A DNA stretch of 64,000 nucleotides from assembly GCA_003142255.1 (NCBI GenBank), contig PLLO01000011.1:612134-676133 (forward strand), in the 5' to 3' direction. The notes beneath the pieces are model-generated. The model had not been told where the DNA came from and did not search any database. It worked only from the letters and a program-made list of their open reading frames with translations. The translations under genes were made by a program, and so were the position numbers. How positions within the stretch are numbered: position 1 is the first letter of the stretch; each line of letters starts with the position of its first letter. The DNA is from Bacteroidales bacterium (GTDB lineage: Bacteria > Bacteroidota > Bacteroidia > Bacteroidales > VadinHA17). Positions 29,301 to 41,181 of this stretch are shown here, piece by piece.

Positions 29301-30186
29301 TTTTCTGAATGTTAACCCTAATAAGTGGACCACCGACAAGAAGAAAAACGACAATATAAAGCAGCTCCTTCATAATTATATTATTAAGCATAAGGAGCTC
29401 GATGGCGTTTATAAGAGGAAGAAGTACAATATCACTATTGGCGACGAGTTGCCTGCAGGTATTGTCCGCCTTGCAAAGGTATATATTGCCAAAAAGAGAA
29501 AAGTCAAAGTGGGAGACAAGATGGCCGGACGTCACGGGAACAAAGGTATCGTGGCAAAAATAGTTCGTGCCGAGGATATGCCGTTCCTTGAGGACGGAAC
29601 TCCGGTTGACATTGTTCTTAATCCGCTGGGCGTGCCTTCAAGGATGAACCTTGGCCAGATCTATGAAACAGTTCTTGGCTGGGCAGGGCAGAAGCTTGGG
29701 CTTCAGTTCGCAACTCCGATCTTCGATGGTGCTACAATAGACCAGATAACAGAATATACCGAAAAGGCCGGATTGCCAAGGTATGGCACAACATACCTCT
29801 ACGACGGAGGTACCGGCGAGAGATTCGACCAGCCTGCTACCGTTGGGATAATATATATGCTTAAGCTTGGTCATATGGTTGACGACAAAATGCATGCACG
29901 TTCAATCGGACCATATTCACTTATTACCCAGCAGCCGCTTGGCGGAAAGGCACAGTTCGGAGGTCAGCGATTTGGTGAGATGGAAGTATGGGCACTCGAG
30001 GCATTCGGTGCTGCTCACATCCTCCAGGAGATACTGACAATAAAATCAGATGATGTTGTCGGACGTGCTAAAGCCTATGAAGCCATTGTCAAGGGAGAAC
30101 CAATGCCACAGGCCGGTATCCCTGAATCACTGAATGTGCTTCTGCATGAGTTGAGAGGATTGGGATTGAGTATTGTACTCGATTAA
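26377..30186 (+). CDS. rpoB: DNA-directed RNA polymerase subunit beta
   Basis: 1269-aa ORF with [24 protein letters not shown] and other invariant beta-subunit blocks. Confidence 0.98.
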   Translation: MSSKNTERISFASRKNQLEYPDFLEIQLKSFSEFFQLGTTPENRKKEGLFKVFTENFPITDTRNNFVLEFLDYYIDPPRYTIEECIERGLTFSVPLKAKLKLYCTDPEHEDFDTVIQDVYLGTVPYMTDRATFVINGAERVVVSQLHRSPGVFFGQSVHANGTKLYSARIIPFKGSWIEFATDINNVMYAYIDRKKKLPVTTLLRAIGFESDKDILEIFNLAEEHKVSKTSIKKLVGRKLAARVLKTWVEDFVDEDTGEVVSIERNEVILDRETVIEPEHVDLIVESGAKAILLHKEDINLSDYAIIYNTLQKDPCNSEKEAVIYIYRQLRNAEPPDEATARDVIDKLFFSDKRYDLGEVGRYRINKKLGLNTEMNVKVLTREDIIKIIGYLIELINSKTDIDDIDHLSNRRVRTVGEQLYSQFGVGLARMARTIRERMNVRDNEVFTPVDLINSKTLSSVINSFFGTNQLSQFMDQTNPLAEMTHKRRLSALGPGGLSRERAGFEVRDVHYTHYGRLCPIETPEGPNIGLISSLCVYAKINDLGFIETPYLKVNNGQVDFGKDGIVWLTAEEEEEKVIAQANAPLKKDGHFEEQKAKCRYEADYPVEEANKIDLMDVAPNQIASIAASLIPFLEHDDANRALMGSNMMRQAVPLINPEAAIVGTGLETQVIKDSRILFVAEGEGVVEYVDSKEIIIRYTRTDEEKFVSFDDDTKRYVLPKYRKTNQNTCINLIPVVKKGEKVKKGQPLTEGYGTKKGELALGRNLMVAFMPWKGYNFEDAIVISEKVVQEDMFTSVHIDEYLLEVRDTKRGLEELTSDIPNVSEEATKNLDENGLIRVGAHIRPGDILIGKITPKGESDPSPEEKLLRAIFGDKAGDVKDASLKAGPSLEGIVIDKKLFTRAVKDKKTKAVEKPMLDKIENEFNKNVEELKSKLVDKLFILVNGKTSQGVKDYLNVDVIPKGSKFTLKQLQEVDFLNVNPNKWTTDKKKNDNIKQLLHNYIIKHKELDGVYKRKKYNITIGDELPAGIVRLAKVYIAKKRKVKVGDKMAGRHGNKGIVAKIVRAEDMPFLEDGTPVDIVLNPLGVPSRMNLGQIYETVLGWAGQKLGLQFATPIFDGATIDQITEYTEKAGLPRYGTTYLYDGGTGERFDQPATVGIIYMLKLGHMVDDKMHARSIGPYSLITQQPLGGKAQFGGQRFGEMEVWALEAFGAAHILQEILTIKSDDVVGRAKAYEAIVKGEPMPQAGIPESLNVLLHELRGLGLSIVLD

Positions 30187-30232
30187 TTGTTCCTTCCTTT
30201 ATTTAATTAAATGAATAAAAAAAATTCAATAT

Positions 30233-33200
30233 ATGTCATTCAGAAGAGATAACAAAACCAAAACCAGTTACTCAAAGATCTCAATTGGTCTTGCTTCGCC
30301 CGAGGAAATTCTCGATCGTTCCAGTGGTGAAGTGCTGAAGCCTGAGACAATAAACTACCGTACCTACAAACCTGAACGCGATGGATTGTTCTGCGAAAGG
30401 ATATTCGGACCGGTAAAAGACTATGAATGCCACTGCGGAAAATATAAGAGGATCCGCTATAAGGGTATCGTCTGCGACCGCTGCGGTGTTGAAGTCACTG
30501 AAAAGAAGGTTCGCCGCGAAAGGATGGGACATATTTCACTTGTCGTCCCGGTTGCACATATCTGGTACTTTCGATCTCTTCCTAACAAAATCGGGTATCT
30601 TCTGGGACTTCCGACCAAAAAACTCGACTCGATTATTTATTACGAAAGATACGTTGTCATTAATCCCGGCATAAAAGCTGCCGATGGAGTAAAACAATAC
30701 GATTTCCTCACTGAGGAAGAATACCTCGAGATAACTGAATCCCTTCCCAAGGAGAACCAGTACCTCGAAGATGATCATCCGGACAAGTTTATTGCCGACA
30801 TGGGAGCAGAAGCACTTTACAGGCTCCTGATCCGTCTCGATCTTGATGAGATGTCTTATTCACTTCGTCACAGGGCAAACACCGAAACTTCTCAACAGCG
30901 TAAAAATGAAGCGCTTAAGCGTCTCCAGGTTGTTGAGGCATTCAGGGATTCAAAAAATGTCAACAAACCTGAATGGATGATAATCAAGGTTGTTCCTGTA
31001 ATTCCGCCTGAACTAAGGCCTCTTGTTCCACTCGATGGCGGCCGTTTTGCCACCAGCGACCTGAACGACCTTTACAGGAGAGTTATTATCAGAAACAACC
31101 GTCTTAAGAGACTTATCGAGATAAAGGCTCCCGAAGTGATCCTTCGCAACGAAAAAAGGATGCTCCAGGAGGCTGTCGATTCATTGTTCGACAACTCGAG
31201 AAAAGCAAACGCTGTCAAGACAGACGCAAACCGTCCTCTTAAGTCGCTGAGCGACAGCCTTAAAGGCAAGCAGGGAAGGTTCCGTCAGAATCTTCTTGGA
31301 AAGAGGGTTGACTATTCTGCACGTTCGGTCATCGTCGTTGGTCCCGAGCTTAATCTGCACGAATGCGGTCTGCCGAAAGATATGGCAGCTGAATTATATA
31401 AGCCGTTCATAATCCGCAAGCTTATTGAACGCGGAATTGTAAAGACAGTGAAATCGGCCAAGAAAATTGTCGACAGGAAAGATCCCGTAGTATGGGATAT
31501 CCTTGAGAATGTTCTCAAGGGACATCCGGTTCTTCTTAACCGGGCTCCTACGCTTCACAGGCTTGGAATACAGGCGTTTCAGCCAAAGCTTATTGAAGGT
31601 AAAGCCATTCAGCTTCACCCACTGGTTTGTACAGCTTTTAACGCCGACTTCGACGGCGACCAGATGGCAGTTCATCTTCCTCTTGGAAACAGTGCTGTGC
31701 TTGAAGCCCAGATGCTTATGCTGGCTTCTCATAACATCCTTAACCCTGCAAACGGAGCACCAATAACTGTTCCGTCACAGGACATGGTTCTCGGGCTCTA
31801 TTATATAACCAAAGGAAAAAAGAGCACCGATAAACTTAAGGTAAGGGGCGAGGGTCTTATTTTTTATTCACACGAGGAAGTTAATATTGCTTATAATGAA
31901 GGTAAGATTGATCTTCATGCAATCATAAAAGTCAAGGTAAACGACAGGATCGACGGAGAATTTGTAAATCATATCGTTGAAACTACGGTTGGAAGAGTGA
32001 TGTTCAACCAGTTTGTTCCCGAAGAAGTTGGTTTTATCAATGAGATCCTTACGAAAAAATCCCTGAGGGACATTATCGGACGCGTTCTGAAACTCTCGGG
32101 AATGGCAAAGACAGCTGATTTCCTTGATGCAATTAAAAACCTCGGTTTCTATTCAGCTTTCAAGGGCGGCCTTTCCTTTAACCTTGATGATGTTATTATT
32201 CCTGAAGAAAAGACAAAATTTGTCACTGAAGGTTATGAGCAGGTTGAAGAGGTGATGAATAACTACAGTATGGGTTTCATTACCAACAACGAAAGATATA
32301 ACCAGATAATTGATATCTGGACACATGTAAATGCACGTCTCACCCAGTCGCTGATGAAGCAGCTGTCGAACGATAAGCAGGGATTCAACTCTGTATATAT
32401 GATGCTCGACTCGGGCGCAAGAGGTTCAAAGGAACAGATCCGTCAGCTTTCCGGAATGAGGGGTCTTATGGCCAAGCCTCAGAAATCAGGGTCAACAGGT
32501 TCAGATATCATCGAGAACCCGATCCTCTCGAACTTCAAGGAGGGTCTATCGGTTCTTGAGTACTTTATTTCAACCCACGGTGCCCGTAAAGGTCTTGCCG
32601 ATACTGCTCTTAAGACGGCAGATGCCGGATACCTTACCCGCCGCCTTGTTGATGTATCCCAGGATGTCATCATTAATGAAGAGGACTGCGGTACGCTGAG
32701 GGGTCTTGTTGCAACTGCAATCAAGAAAAATGAAGAGGTCGTTGAGTCTCTTTATGAAAGGATTCTGGGTCGTACAACAGTTCACAATGTATTCCATCCT
32801 CTTACAGGCGAACTGATTGTGGAAGCAGGTCAGGAACTCACTGAGGAGCTTGCCAGGAAAATCGAGGACTCACCAATTGAGCAGGTCGAGATCCGTTCGG
32901 TGCTTACCTGCGAATCCAAGAAAGGCGTTTGTGCAAAATGCTACGGTAGAAACCTGGCAACGGGACAGATGGTTCAGAAAGGCGAGGCTACAGGTGTAAT
33001 AGCAGCCCAGAGTATTGGTGAGCCCGGTACGCAGCTTACACTTCGTACATTCCACGTGGGTGGTACGGCTTCAAACATTATGACTGAATCGAGACTTGTT
33101 GCAAGATATGCAGGTATTGCTGAGATTGAGGAAATAAGATCGGTTCCCAAAAAAGATCCTGAAAAAGGTGAAATAGATATAGTTATCGGCCGTCTGGCTG

Positions 33201-34540
33201 AACTCAGGATCATCGACAAGAAGACCGGGATCGCCCTTACTACACATACAATTCCTTATGGTTCAAAGCTTTATGTAAAACCCGGACAGGAAATAGAAAA
33301 GGGTAAGCTCATCTGCGAATGGGACCCGTTCAACGCCGTTATTATAGCAGAACTGGGAGGGAAGATCGGATACGATTACCTGATTGAGGGTGTTACCTTC
33401 CGTGAGGAATCCGATGAGCAGACAGGCTTCAAGGAAAAAGTAATCATTGAGAGCAGGGACAAGACCAAGAACCCGGCAATCAAAATACTTGCACCCAAGG
33501 GAGGAGAGGAGCTGAAACTTTATAACCTTCCTGTCGGAGCGCACCTTGTAGTTGAAATAAACAAAATTGTCGAGGCCGGCGAAGTGCTTGCAAAAATCCC
33601 GCGTGCTATCGGCAAATCGGGTGATATAACCGGTGGTCTTCCAAGGGTCACTGAACTCTTTGAAGCCCGTAACCCATCGAACCCGGCAATCGTTTCCGAG
33701 ATCGACGGCGAAGTAACGTTTGGCAAGATAAAGAGAGGAAACAGGGAAATTTCAATCAAATCGAAAACCGATGAGGTTAAGAAATACCTGGTGCCCCTTT
33801 CAAAACAGATACTTGTTCAGGAAAATGATTATGTGAAGGCCGGTATTGCGCTTTCTGACGGTGCCATAACACCTTCTGATATTCTGGCAATAAAGGGCCC
33901 GACAAAGGTCCAGGAATATATCGTAAACGAAATTCAGGAAGTATATCGTCTGCAGGGTGTGAAGATCAACGACAAGCATTTCGAGATCATTGTCAGGCAG
34001 ATGATGCGCAAGGTCGAGATAGTTGATCCAGGCGACACCAAATTCCTTGAACGTCAGGTAGTTGATAAACTTGAATTCATGGATGAGAATGACTGGATCT
34101 ATGGCAAAAAGGTAATTATCGATAGCGGTGATTCACAGACATTACGCCCGGGAATGATTATTACAGCTCGTAAACTGAGAGATGATAATTCAGGACTCAA
34201 GCGAAAAGACCTTAAAATCGTCGATTCACGCGATGCCATTCCTGCAACCTCAAGCCAGGTATTACAGGGAATTACAAGGGCTGCACTGCAGACCAATAGT
34301 TTCTTCTCCGCAGCTTCTTTCCAGGAAACAACAAAGGTTCTTAACGAGGCAGCGATCCTCGGGAAGGTCGACAAGCTGGAAGGACTTAAGGAAAACGTCA
34401 TTGTTGGCCACCTTATTCCTGCAGGTACAGGACAGCGTGAATACAATAGTATTATAGTTGGTTCGCTTGAAGAATATGAGAACCTTGTGGGTGCTGAAAA
34501 TGAGTCAGCAGTTGAAGCTGAAGCAGATTCGGAAAAATGA
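30233..34540 (+). CDS. rpoC: DNA-directed RNA polymerase subunit beta'
   Basis: 1435-aa ORF with a zinc finger ([23 protein letters not shown]) and the catalytic [12 protein letters not shown]. Confidence 0.98.
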   Translation: MSFRRDNKTKTSYSKISIGLASPEEILDRSSGEVLKPETINYRTYKPERDGLFCERIFGPVKDYECHCGKYKRIRYKGIVCDRCGVEVTEKKVRRERMGHISLVVPVAHIWYFRSLPNKIGYLLGLPTKKLDSIIYYERYVVINPGIKAADGVKQYDFLTEEEYLEITESLPKENQYLEDDHPDKFIADMGAEALYRLLIRLDLDEMSYSLRHRANTETSQQRKNEALKRLQVVEAFRDSKNVNKPEWMIIKVVPVIPPELRPLVPLDGGRFATSDLNDLYRRVIIRNNRLKRLIEIKAPEVILRNEKRMLQEAVDSLFDNSRKANAVKTDANRPLKSLSDSLKGKQGRFRQNLLGKRVDYSARSVIVVGPELNLHECGLPKDMAAELYKPFIIRKLIERGIVKTVKSAKKIVDRKDPVVWDILENVLKGHPVLLNRAPTLHRLGIQAFQPKLIEGKAIQLHPLVCTAFNADFDGDQMAVHLPLGNSAVLEAQMLMLASHNILNPANGAPITVPSQDMVLGLYYITKGKKSTDKLKVRGEGLIFYSHEEVNIAYNEGKIDLHAIIKVKVNDRIDGEFVNHIVETTVGRVMFNQFVPEEVGFINEILTKKSLRDIIGRVLKLSGMAKTADFLDAIKNLGFYSAFKGGLSFNLDDVIIPEEKTKFVTEGYEQVEEVMNNYSMGFITNNERYNQIIDIWTHVNARLTQSLMKQLSNDKQGFNSVYMMLDSGARGSKEQIRQLSGMRGLMAKPQKSGSTGSDIIENPILSNFKEGLSVLEYFISTHGARKGLADTALKTADAGYLTRRLVDVSQDVIINEEDCGTLRGLVATAIKKNEEVVESLYERILGRTTVHNVFHPLTGELIVEAGQELTEELARKIEDSPIEQVEIRSVLTCESKKGVCAKCYGRNLATGQMVQKGEATGVIAAQSIGEPGTQLTLRTFHVGGTASNIMTESRLVARYAGIAEIEEIRSVPKKDPEKGEIDIVIGRLAELRIIDKKTGIALTTHTIPYGSKLYVKPGQEIEKGKLICEWDPFNAVIIAELGGKIGYDYLIEGVTFREESDEQTGFKEKVIIESRDKTKNPAIKILAPKGGEELKLYNLPVGAHLVVEINKIVEAGEVLAKIPRAIGKSGDITGGLPRVTELFEARNPSNPAIVSEIDGEVTFGKIKRGNREISIKSKTDEVKKYLVPLSKQILVQENDYVKAGIALSDGAITPSDILAIKGPTKVQEYIVNEIQEVYRLQGVKINDKHFEIIVRQMMRKVEIVDPGDTKFLERQVVDKLEFMDENDWIYGKKVIIDSGDSQTLRPGMIITARKLRDDNSGLKRKDLKIVDSRDAIPATSSQVLQGITRAALQTNSFFSAASFQETTKVLNEAAILGKVDKLEGLKENVIVGHLIPAGTGQREYNSIIVGSLEEYENLVGAENESAVEAEADSEK

Positions 34541-34555
34541 TAATATTCTGAAAAG

Positions 34556-34879
34556 ATGACAGATCCAAAAGACCAGAACCAGTTCAATATTGAACTAAAT
34601 GAGGAAGTTGCACAAGGAATCTACTCAAACCTTGCGGTAATAAATCATTCGGCCGCTGAATTCGTAATTGATTTCATACGAATTGTGCCGGGTATGCCCA
34701 AGCCGCATGCCAGGGTAATGTCAAGGATAATTCTTACACCTGAGCATACGAAAAGGCTTGTCGCAGCCCTGCGCGATAATATTGACAAGTACGAATCAGT
34801 TTTTGGCCCGATTAAGGAAGTCAAAGATCCGGGGCCGATAATGCCCCTTACTTTCGGAGGTCCTGCAGCACAAGCGTAA
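34556..34879 (+). CDS. DUF3467-domain protein
   Basis: 107-aa ORF. GIYSNLAVINHSAAEFVIDF...ILTPEHTKRL is the DUF3467 pattern I recall directly downstream of rpoC in Bacteroidota. Confidence 0.8.
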   Translation: MTDPKDQNQFNIELNEEVAQGIYSNLAVINHSAAEFVIDFIRIVPGMPKPHARVMSRIILTPEHTKRLVAALRDNIDKYESVFGPIKEVKDPGPIMPLTFGGPAAQA

Positions 34880-34901
34880 AATGCCATAAACTCTAATATT
34901 C

Positions 34902-34937
34902 AAGCCGTCAGAAAATGTTTTGACGGCTTTATTTTTG
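34902..34937 (+). terminator. Rho-independent terminator ending the rpoBC-DUF3467 unit
   Basis: aagccgtca-(10 nt)-tgacggctt followed by tttattttt. Confidence 0.7.
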
Positions 34938-35003
34938 TATTGAATGAAATAAAACCTTACTTTGCGTGTTAGTAAAGTATGATCCTTTTACAGAAAATTT
35001 AAG

Positions 35004-35432
35004 ATGGGATATAAAATCAGAAAGCTGCTGGTGGTATTGATTATACTTCTGCCAGTTGTATCATACACAGGCTGTAAGAAACAAGCAAAGTGCGGTTGCA
35101 GCGGTGATATTCTTTATTCGATCACCGACCAGATATTTGACCATTCTTCGATCGTATATAATGCCTCCGGAACCAACGCTTACTTTTTCGTTTATTCAGG
35201 GCTGGGAGCTTACCAAGATACCTACTATTTCTGTAACCCCAGCGAGATGTTTGCCACATATAATAGCATAAACAGCAGAGATCAGGTAAAATTATCAGGT
35301 GATCTGTATTGGGATTGCAGCTATGTGCAAAGTGCCAGCCAATCAGGTTCATCTTCCTATGAGTCCTCTTATTATAAGGTTTATAATATAAAAGTCACCA
35401 AGATCGAATCATCCCTATATGGGAAAAAGTAA
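35004..35432 (+). CDS. Hypothetical lipoprotein
   Basis: 142-aa ORF with a signal peptide and lipobox (VVSYTGC). Cys- and Tyr/Ser-rich, no recognisable family. Confidence 0.55.
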   Translation: MGYKIRKLLVVLIILLPVVSYTGCKKQAKCGCSGDILYSITDQIFDHSSIVYNASGTNAYFFVYSGLGAYQDTYYFCNPSEMFATYNSINSRDQVKLSGDLYWDCSYVQSASQSGSSSYESSYYKVYNIKVTKIESSLYGKK

Positions 35433-35440
35433 GTCTCTGC

Positions 35441-36223
35441 ATGGATCATTATAACATATCCTTTGCAGGTGCCGGAAGAGTTGCCGGCGCTCTCTGCAGG
35501 GAAATGTTTCGTGCCGGTTTCAAAATCCTCCAGATTGTTTCAGTAAATGATGCTAATGGCAGACTAACAGCCAGTTCATGCGGTGCTGAGTGGTCATCTG
35601 TCCTGGATTTCGATGATTCAAACGATATAATAATTGTTGCAGTGCCTGACCACAAGCTGAAAGATGTTTTGTCTGAAGTCAGGTGTTCTTCCAGAACTTT
35701 AGTTGCTCATACCGCAGGAAGTTACGGGCTTGAAGTGTTCCCCACCCGGCTTGAGAAAACGGGAGTCTTTTACCCGCTGCAGACATTCTCAAAAGGAAGA
35801 GAAGTAAGCTTAAGGGACCTTTCTTTTCTTATTGAAGCAAAAGATGAATCTACACGCCAAATGCTGGTTACACTGGCTGAAACTTTGGGAGGGAAGGCAT
35901 TCTTTGCTGATAGTGAGCGCAGGAAACTGCTGCATGTTTCAGCTGTTTTTGTAAATAATTTCACAAACTTTATGCTCACTGAAGGAATAGAGATTGCTTC
36001 AAGAGCCGGATTCTCTCCCGAAATACTTGAACCACTGATTAAGGAGACTATTTCGAAGGCTCTTGAAAACGGTCCTTCTTCTTCTCAAACCGGACCAGCA
36101 GTCAGAAATGATATTGATACTATTGAAAAGCACATGGAATTACTATCTTTCTCTCCTGATTTGCAGAAATTGTACAGTGAAGTTACACAGTCAATATTAA
36201 AACATTACAAAACAAGCTCATAA
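35441..36223 (+). CDS. Rossmann-like plus DUF2520 domain protein (ProC/F420-oxidoreductase-like fold)
   Basis: 260-aa ORF with an N-terminal ISFAGAGRVAGAL dinucleotide-binding-like motif. C-terminal ...SQTGPAVRNDIDTIEKHMELL is typical of DUF2520. Confidence 0.75.
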   Translation: MDHYNISFAGAGRVAGALCREMFRAGFKILQIVSVNDANGRLTASSCGAEWSSVLDFDDSNDIIIVAVPDHKLKDVLSEVRCSSRTLVAHTAGSYGLEVFPTRLEKTGVFYPLQTFSKGREVSLRDLSFLIEAKDESTRQMLVTLAETLGGKAFFADSERRKLLHVSAVFVNNFTNFMLTEGIEIASRAGFSPEILEPLIKETISKALENGPSSSQTGPAVRNDIDTIEKHMELLSFSPDLQKLYSEVTQSILKHYKTSS

Positions 36224-36744
36224 TGGCAAATTTCAAGGAGGACCTTATAAGCATCAAGGCATTTATTTTTGACATTGACGGTGTCCTTTCACTTCAGACA
36301 ATCGGCCTGAATGCTTTTGGAGTTCCCAACCGGACAGTAAACCTGCGGGATGGTTACGCGCTGCAGCTTGCCGTTAAAAAGGGTTACCATATCGGCATTA
36401 TTTCAGGCAGCAATTCAAAGGAGTACCAGAAAAGGCTTAAGCTTCTTGGAATAACCAGCATTTACCTCAATAGCAAGTCAAAGCTTGACCATTATCTGAA
36501 TTTTAAGAATAAATTCAGTCTGAATGATTCTGAAATACTCTTTATGGGTGATGATATTCCCGATTTTGAGGTGATGAAAGTTGCCGGGGTTCCGGTATGT
36601 CCTTCAGATGCTGACAGCGAGATTAAACAGGTTTCATTATATATTTCCGATAAAAAAGGAGGGGAAGGGTGCGTGAGGGACGTGATTGAACAGGTTCTTC
36701 GCCTTCATAAAAACTGGATGGATTCAGACGCTTTTACATGGTGA
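36223..36744 (+). CDS. kdsC: 3-deoxy-D-manno-octulosonate 8-phosphate phosphatase (HAD superfamily)
   Basis: 173-aa ORF with FIFDIDGVL (HAD motif I), GIISG, and GDDIPD (motif IV). KdsC length and pattern. Confidence 0.8.
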   Translation: MANFKEDLISIKAFIFDIDGVLSLQTIGLNAFGVPNRTVNLRDGYALQLAVKKGYHIGIISGSNSKEYQKRLKLLGITSIYLNSKSKLDHYLNFKNKFSLNDSEILFMGDDIPDFEVMKVAGVPVCPSDADSEIKQVSLYISDKKGGEGCVRDVIEQVLRLHKNWMDSDAFTW

Positions 36745-36745
36745 T

Positions 36746-37732
36746 ATGAAAGGATTTCTTCAGCTTATAAGGTGGCAAAACTTAATCATTGTGGTACTTA
36801 CAATGGTTATGATGAGATATTTTATAATTGAGCCATTGATCAGCAGGGTACCTGTAATACTATTTGCAAGTCCAGGTAAAACTGTTCCAATGGAATTGCA
36901 GTTTCCCCTTATCAGTTTCGTGATTCTTGTCTTGTCCACCGTCTTCATTACAGCAGGAGGGTATGTCATTAATGATTACTTCGATATAAAGACTGATCTT
37001 ATAAACAGGGGAGAAGTAATTGTCGGGACAAAGGTTCCAAGGCGCCTTGCCATGATGTGGCATTCCATTTTCAATATCGCAGGTGTTGCCGGTGGCTTTT
37101 ATATATCCTGGAAAGCCGGGTATTTCTGGATGGGAATTCTATTTATCATCGTATCAGGGCTGCTTTATTTTTATTCTGCCAGCTACAAGAGGCAATTTCT
37201 TGTTGGAAACCTTATAGTTGCGTTCCTTACTGCAATGGTTCCGCTCCTGGTGGTTCTCTATGAATGGCCGGCATTATACCAGTATTACTCAGTAAATGCC
37301 GATTCTGTGCCAGGTCTTTCTTTTTTATTTTACTGGGTGGGCGGATTCTCATTGTTTGCATTTCTTACAACCCTTGCCCGCGAAATAATCAAGGATATTG
37401 AAGACTTCGAAGGTGACCTTGCCTATGGCCGCAATACAATGCCGGTCATTATAGGAACAGTCGCATCGAAAATAGTTGCTGTCAGCCTTATAATAATAAC
37501 AATAGCCTCACTTTCTTTAGTGTGGTTTTTCTTCATAAATGATAAAATCACCCTGATCTATGTTTCGGCAGCTATTGTTCTGCCACTTCTTTACGTCATT
37601 TTCCAGCTGGCCATCAGCAAAACCCGGCAACAAATTCATAGTGCCAGCAGGCTGATGAAAGTTATAATGCTTGCCGGCATCCTCTATTCAGTGGTTGTCA
37701 AGGTAATTATCTCATTGAACCTTGTAGGATAA
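36746..37732 (+). CDS. UbiA-family prenyltransferase (geranylgeranylglycerol-phosphate geranylgeranyltransferase-like)
   Basis: The track ORF starts at 36686 inside kdsC. The ATG at 36746 (MKGFLQLIRWQNL), 2 nt after the kdsC stop, is the likelier start. About 8 TM helices, with the Asp-rich motif VINDYFDIKTD. Confidence 0.8.
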   Translation: MKGFLQLIRWQNLIIVVLTMVMMRYFIIEPLISRVPVILFASPGKTVPMELQFPLISFVILVLSTVFITAGGYVINDYFDIKTDLINRGEVIVGTKVPRRLAMMWHSIFNIAGVAGGFYISWKAGYFWMGILFIIVSGLLYFYSASYKRQFLVGNLIVAFLTAMVPLLVVLYEWPALYQYYSVNADSVPGLSFLFYWVGGFSLFAFLTTLAREIIKDIEDFEGDLAYGRNTMPVIIGTVASKIVAVSLIIITIASLSLVWFFFINDKITLIYVSAAIVLPLLYVIFQLAISKTRQQIHSASRLMKVIMLAGILYSVVVKVIISLNLVG

Positions 37733-38322
37733 TGATCACCAGATTTGATAAATACAGGATAATCCTGGCTTCCCGCTCGCCAAGGCGGCAGCAGTTGTTA
37801 AGAGACCTTGGACTGACATTCGATGTGGTTGAAATGGATTATGATGAGACATTTCCTGATAATCTGCAAGGCGAAGAAGCAGCAATTTATCTTGCAAAGG
37901 AAAAATCCAACTCATTCAGGAATATATTAGCTGACAATGAGATCGTTATTACAGCCGATACCATCGTCTGGTGCAATAACCGAGCCCTTGGAAAACCAGT
38001 CGATTACCAGGATGCCCGGCGTATGATACTGGAACTCTCTGGGAACACGCATGAAGTCATAACCGGAGTTAACCTGCTTTCTTCAGAAAAGGAAGTTGCA
38101 TTCTGTGAATCAACAAAAGTGACTTTCGAAAAGCTCTCCGACGAAGAGATTGATTTTTATATTCATGAATTTAAACCTTTTGATAAAGCCGGCGCATACG
38201 GGATACAGGAGTGGATAGGGATTGCTGCCTGCAGCAGGATTGAAGGCTCTTATTTTAATGTGGTGGGGCTACCGGTGCAGAGGGTATACCAGGAACTAAT
38301 GGAATTTATTAAGACAAAGTAG
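37732..38322 (+). CDS. maf: Maf-family nucleoside triphosphate pyrophosphatase
   Basis: 196-aa ORF with ILASRSPRRQQLL, ITADTIV and KAGAYGIQ motifs. Confidence 0.9.
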   Translation: MITRFDKYRIILASRSPRRQQLLRDLGLTFDVVEMDYDETFPDNLQGEEAAIYLAKEKSNSFRNILADNEIVITADTIVWCNNRALGKPVDYQDARRMILELSGNTHEVITGVNLLSSEKEVAFCESTKVTFEKLSDEEIDFYIHEFKPFDKAGAYGIQEWIGIAACSRIEGSYFNVVGLPVQRVYQELMEFIKTK

Positions 38323-38379
38323 GCACACGGTTCACGGCGGTCATAACCTTGTTCCGTGTACCTTGTACCGTGCACCTTC
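38323..38379. repeat. Imperfect inverted repeat: two CACGG-containing units then two CCGTG-containing units
   Basis: gcacacgg ttcacgg ... ccgtgtacc ttgtaccgtgcacc, directly after the maf stop. Same style as the CCTTTGTG/CACAAAG arrays. Confidence 0.6.
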
Positions 38380-38409
38380 ATTAACATTAAAATATAATTA
38401 CACTTACTC

Positions 38410-40578
38410 ATGAAAAAGATACTGATTGTTGCAACTCTGCTGATTTCTAACTTTTTAACATGTGTTGCCCTGCCGGATGAGGGTATGTGGATCCCGTTGC
38501 TGATCGGGAAATACAACATAAAGTTGATGCAGGAAAAAGGCTTCAAGCTTTCAGCTGAAGATATTTACAGCGTGAACCATGCATGTATGAAAGATGCGGT
38601 GGTATTATTCGGCGGCGGATGCACTGGTGAAGTAATTTCTCCCGAAGGTCTGTTGATAACCAATCATCATTGCGGGTATGGACAGATACAGAGACTTTCA
38701 AGCCTTGAACACGATTATCTTACAAATGGATACTGGGCAAAGTCTCGTGATGAGGAATTTGCCTGTCCCGGGCTCTTTGTCACATTCCTGAAGAGGATGG
38801 AGGATGTCACGGCGAAGGTGCTCAATGGCATTACTGACGGAATGGACAAGGATGCACACGATAGGTTAATCAGTGCCAACTCCGATGAGATAAGAAAAAG
38901 CGCTGTGGAAGGATCCGGTTACTCTGCAAGCATAAGGCCTTTTTATATGGGAAACCAGTATTTCCTCATGGTTTATGAGACATTCACAGATATTCGTTTT
39001 ATAGGTGCACCGCCATCGGCTATCGGGAAATTCGGCGATGAGACCGATAACTGGGTATGGCCCCGCCATACGGGTGATTTCTCCATCTTCCGCATCTATG
39101 CCGGTAAGGATAACAAACCAGCTGTATACGCGAAGGAGAACGTCCCTTATAAACCTTTGTACCATTTCACCATATCTCTGAAAGGGTATAAAGAGGGTGA
39201 CTTTACAATGGTTTTTGGATTTCCAGGAAGCACCACGGAGTATATGCCTTCGTATTATATTGATATGGTAAAAAACTATATCAACCCGAAGATGATCGAA
39301 TTGCGGACGAAGAAAATAGAGATTATGAGAACTGCCATGAACAGCGATCCTCTGATCAGGCTCCAGTATTCGGCAAAGAAATCAGGGCTCGACAACTCCT
39401 GGAAGAGATGGATAGGAGAGAACCAGGGGCTGGAAAGGATGAAGACAATCGAAAAGAAGCAGGAATTTGAAAAAAGCCTGACAGAATGGATCAATGCCGA
39501 CCCGGATAGAAGATCAAAATACGGCAATATCCTGCCTTCGTACAAAACTTTGTATGATAAGTACAGGGAATACAGTCTGGTTTACAGCTACACCAGTGAT
39601 GTTTTCTTTAACAGCGGTGCAGAAGCAGCAGGCTTTGCAAGAAACATGATCTCTTTGGCCAGACTGTATGAAAATAATTACGACGAGGCTAAAATCAATG
39701 TGATCAAAGATGAAATGGTGAATGGTGCCAAGGGATTTTTTAAGAACTATGATCAGGCAACAGATAAGAAATTATTTGTTGCTGTTATGACCTTGTATGG
39801 CGAAAACCTTGATCCAAAATGGCAGGCACCTGAATATGTCAGGATTAAAAGTCTTTGCAAGGGAAACTTCCAGTCGCTTGCAGATAAGATATATGGCACA
39901 TCAGTTTTCACTGATGAAGGAAGATATACTGCCTTTGTAAAGAGCTTCAGTAAGAAAAGCCTTGCCAGACTGAATAAAGATCCACTGTACCTGCTTTCAA
40001 AGAGCGCCTCGGAATTCATTTCCTCAAATGTAAGAGGTGAGCTCAACAGGCTTTCTGACGAGGTGCAGAGCCTGAACAAGGAATATATGACAGTTCAGAT
40101 GGAATATGATAAGGAGCGCACTTTCTATCCCGATGCTAATTCAACACTCAGAATTGCTTACGGTTCAGTGAAAGGATATGATTCCAGGGACGGTGTAAGG
40201 TTCAAACCTTACACAACGGTGAAAGGCATTATCGAGAAGGATAATCCGGAGATATATGATTATGCAGTTCCAGCCAGGCTGAAGGAATTGTACAGGACAG
40301 GAGATTTCGGAAGATATGCAGAGAACGGGGAGATGCACGTTTGTTTTATAGCCGATAACCATACGACAGGCGGGAATTCCGGAAGCCCGGTTCTGAACGC
40401 AAATGGCCAGCTTATAGGTGTTAACTTCGACAGGGCATGGGAAGGTGTTGCAAGCGATATGTCCTTTAATCCTGAGCAGAGCAGAAACATCAGCCTCGAT
40501 ATCAGGTATGCGTTGTTCATCATTGATAAATTCGCGGGAGCCGGATATCTGCTGAAAGAGATGACGATAGTGGAATAA
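38410..40578 (+). CDS. S46-family dipeptidyl-peptidase (DPP7/DPP11-like)
   Basis: 722-aa ORF with a signal peptide, DEGMW near the N-terminus, catalytic His in ITNHHCGY and catalytic Ser in TTGGNSGSPV. Confidence 0.9.
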   Translation: MKKILIVATLLISNFLTCVALPDEGMWIPLLIGKYNIKLMQEKGFKLSAEDIYSVNHACMKDAVVLFGGGCTGEVISPEGLLITNHHCGYGQIQRLSSLEHDYLTNGYWAKSRDEEFACPGLFVTFLKRMEDVTAKVLNGITDGMDKDAHDRLISANSDEIRKSAVEGSGYSASIRPFYMGNQYFLMVYETFTDIRFIGAPPSAIGKFGDETDNWVWPRHTGDFSIFRIYAGKDNKPAVYAKENVPYKPLYHFTISLKGYKEGDFTMVFGFPGSTTEYMPSYYIDMVKNYINPKMIELRTKKIEIMRTAMNSDPLIRLQYSAKKSGLDNSWKRWIGENQGLERMKTIEKKQEFEKSLTEWINADPDRRSKYGNILPSYKTLYDKYREYSLVYSYTSDVFFNSGAEAAGFARNMISLARLYENNYDEAKINVIKDEMVNGAKGFFKNYDQATDKKLFVAVMTLYGENLDPKWQAPEYVRIKSLCKGNFQSLADKIYGTSVFTDEGRYTAFVKSFSKKSLARLNKDPLYLLSKSASEFISSNVRGELNRLSDEVQSLNKEYMTVQMEYDKERTFYPDANSTLRIAYGSVKGYDSRDGVRFKPYTTVKGIIEKDNPEIYDYAVPARLKELYRTGDFGRYAENGEMHVCFIADNHTTGGNSGSPVLNANGQLIGVNFDRAWEGVASDMSFNPEQSRNISLDIRYALFIIDKFAGAGYLLKEMTIVE

Positions 40579-40606
40579 GCATATCAACTACACGTGCTCA
40601 CTCCCT

Positions 40607-41149
40607 CTATTTCTCAAGAAGTGCCTTGAGATTTGATAATCCGCCGGAAAGATCTTTTCCGAGCATAGTATCCATATCCATGAAAAGCAAAGTTAGATTC
40701 ATGGGATATTTCATGTTTCCATAAATTGCCCATGTTAAAATTGTGGTGGAATCATTCTCGGAATTAAATTCAATATATGCATTATCAGTCGATTGCATTG
40801 GCTTGAAGAACCTTATTGTATAGTCAATTCTCTCCCCTTCAGAAATCTTTGTGATCTCCTGTTCCCCCTTTCCTGCTTCCTTAACAGGAGAATCCCAGGC
40901 CGAAACGAATCCAACAGTCGCATCAGTTCCCCTGTAATCAATCTTCATATTTGGATCAATTTTGGCCCAGACGCTGAAATCATTCTGGTTCTTAAGATAT
41001 TTTACGTATTCAAATACAGCTTGCTTTGGCCGATTAATGCTAATTGACCTCTTTACTATGTAATCCTTTTTAACAAAAAGAGCAGTCAGCAGGATGAGTC
41101 CAAAGATGCTGAGAATCACAATGAGTAAAATTTTAAAAAGTATTTTCAT
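40607..41149 (-). CDS. SRPBCC-superfamily (polyketide-cyclase/START-like) protein with N-terminal membrane anchor
   Basis: 180-aa ORF with an N-terminal TM helix. Length and alternating pattern are consistent with the SRPBCC fold; assignment by pattern only. Confidence 0.55.
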   Translation of the reverse strand: MKILFKILLIVILSIFGLILLTALFVKKDYIVKRSISINRPKQAVFEYVKYLKNQNDFSVWAKIDPNMKIDYRGTDATVGFVSAWDSPVKEAGKGEQEITKISEGERIDYTIRFFKPMQSTDNAYIEFNSENDSTTILTWAIYGNMKYPMNLTLLFMDMDTMLGKDLSGGLSNLKALLEK

Positions 41150-41181
41150 ATTATTGATCTTAAATGGCCTATAAATGTGTT

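Noticed and set aside
34099-34587. 162-aa minus-strand ORF, and many other 60-150-aa ORFs inside rpoB/rpoC, the S46 peptidase and the activase fusion
   Set aside because: All are antisense or out-of-frame shadows of long, confidently identified genes. Their composition is Ser/Leu/Arg-rich and they have no start-site context.
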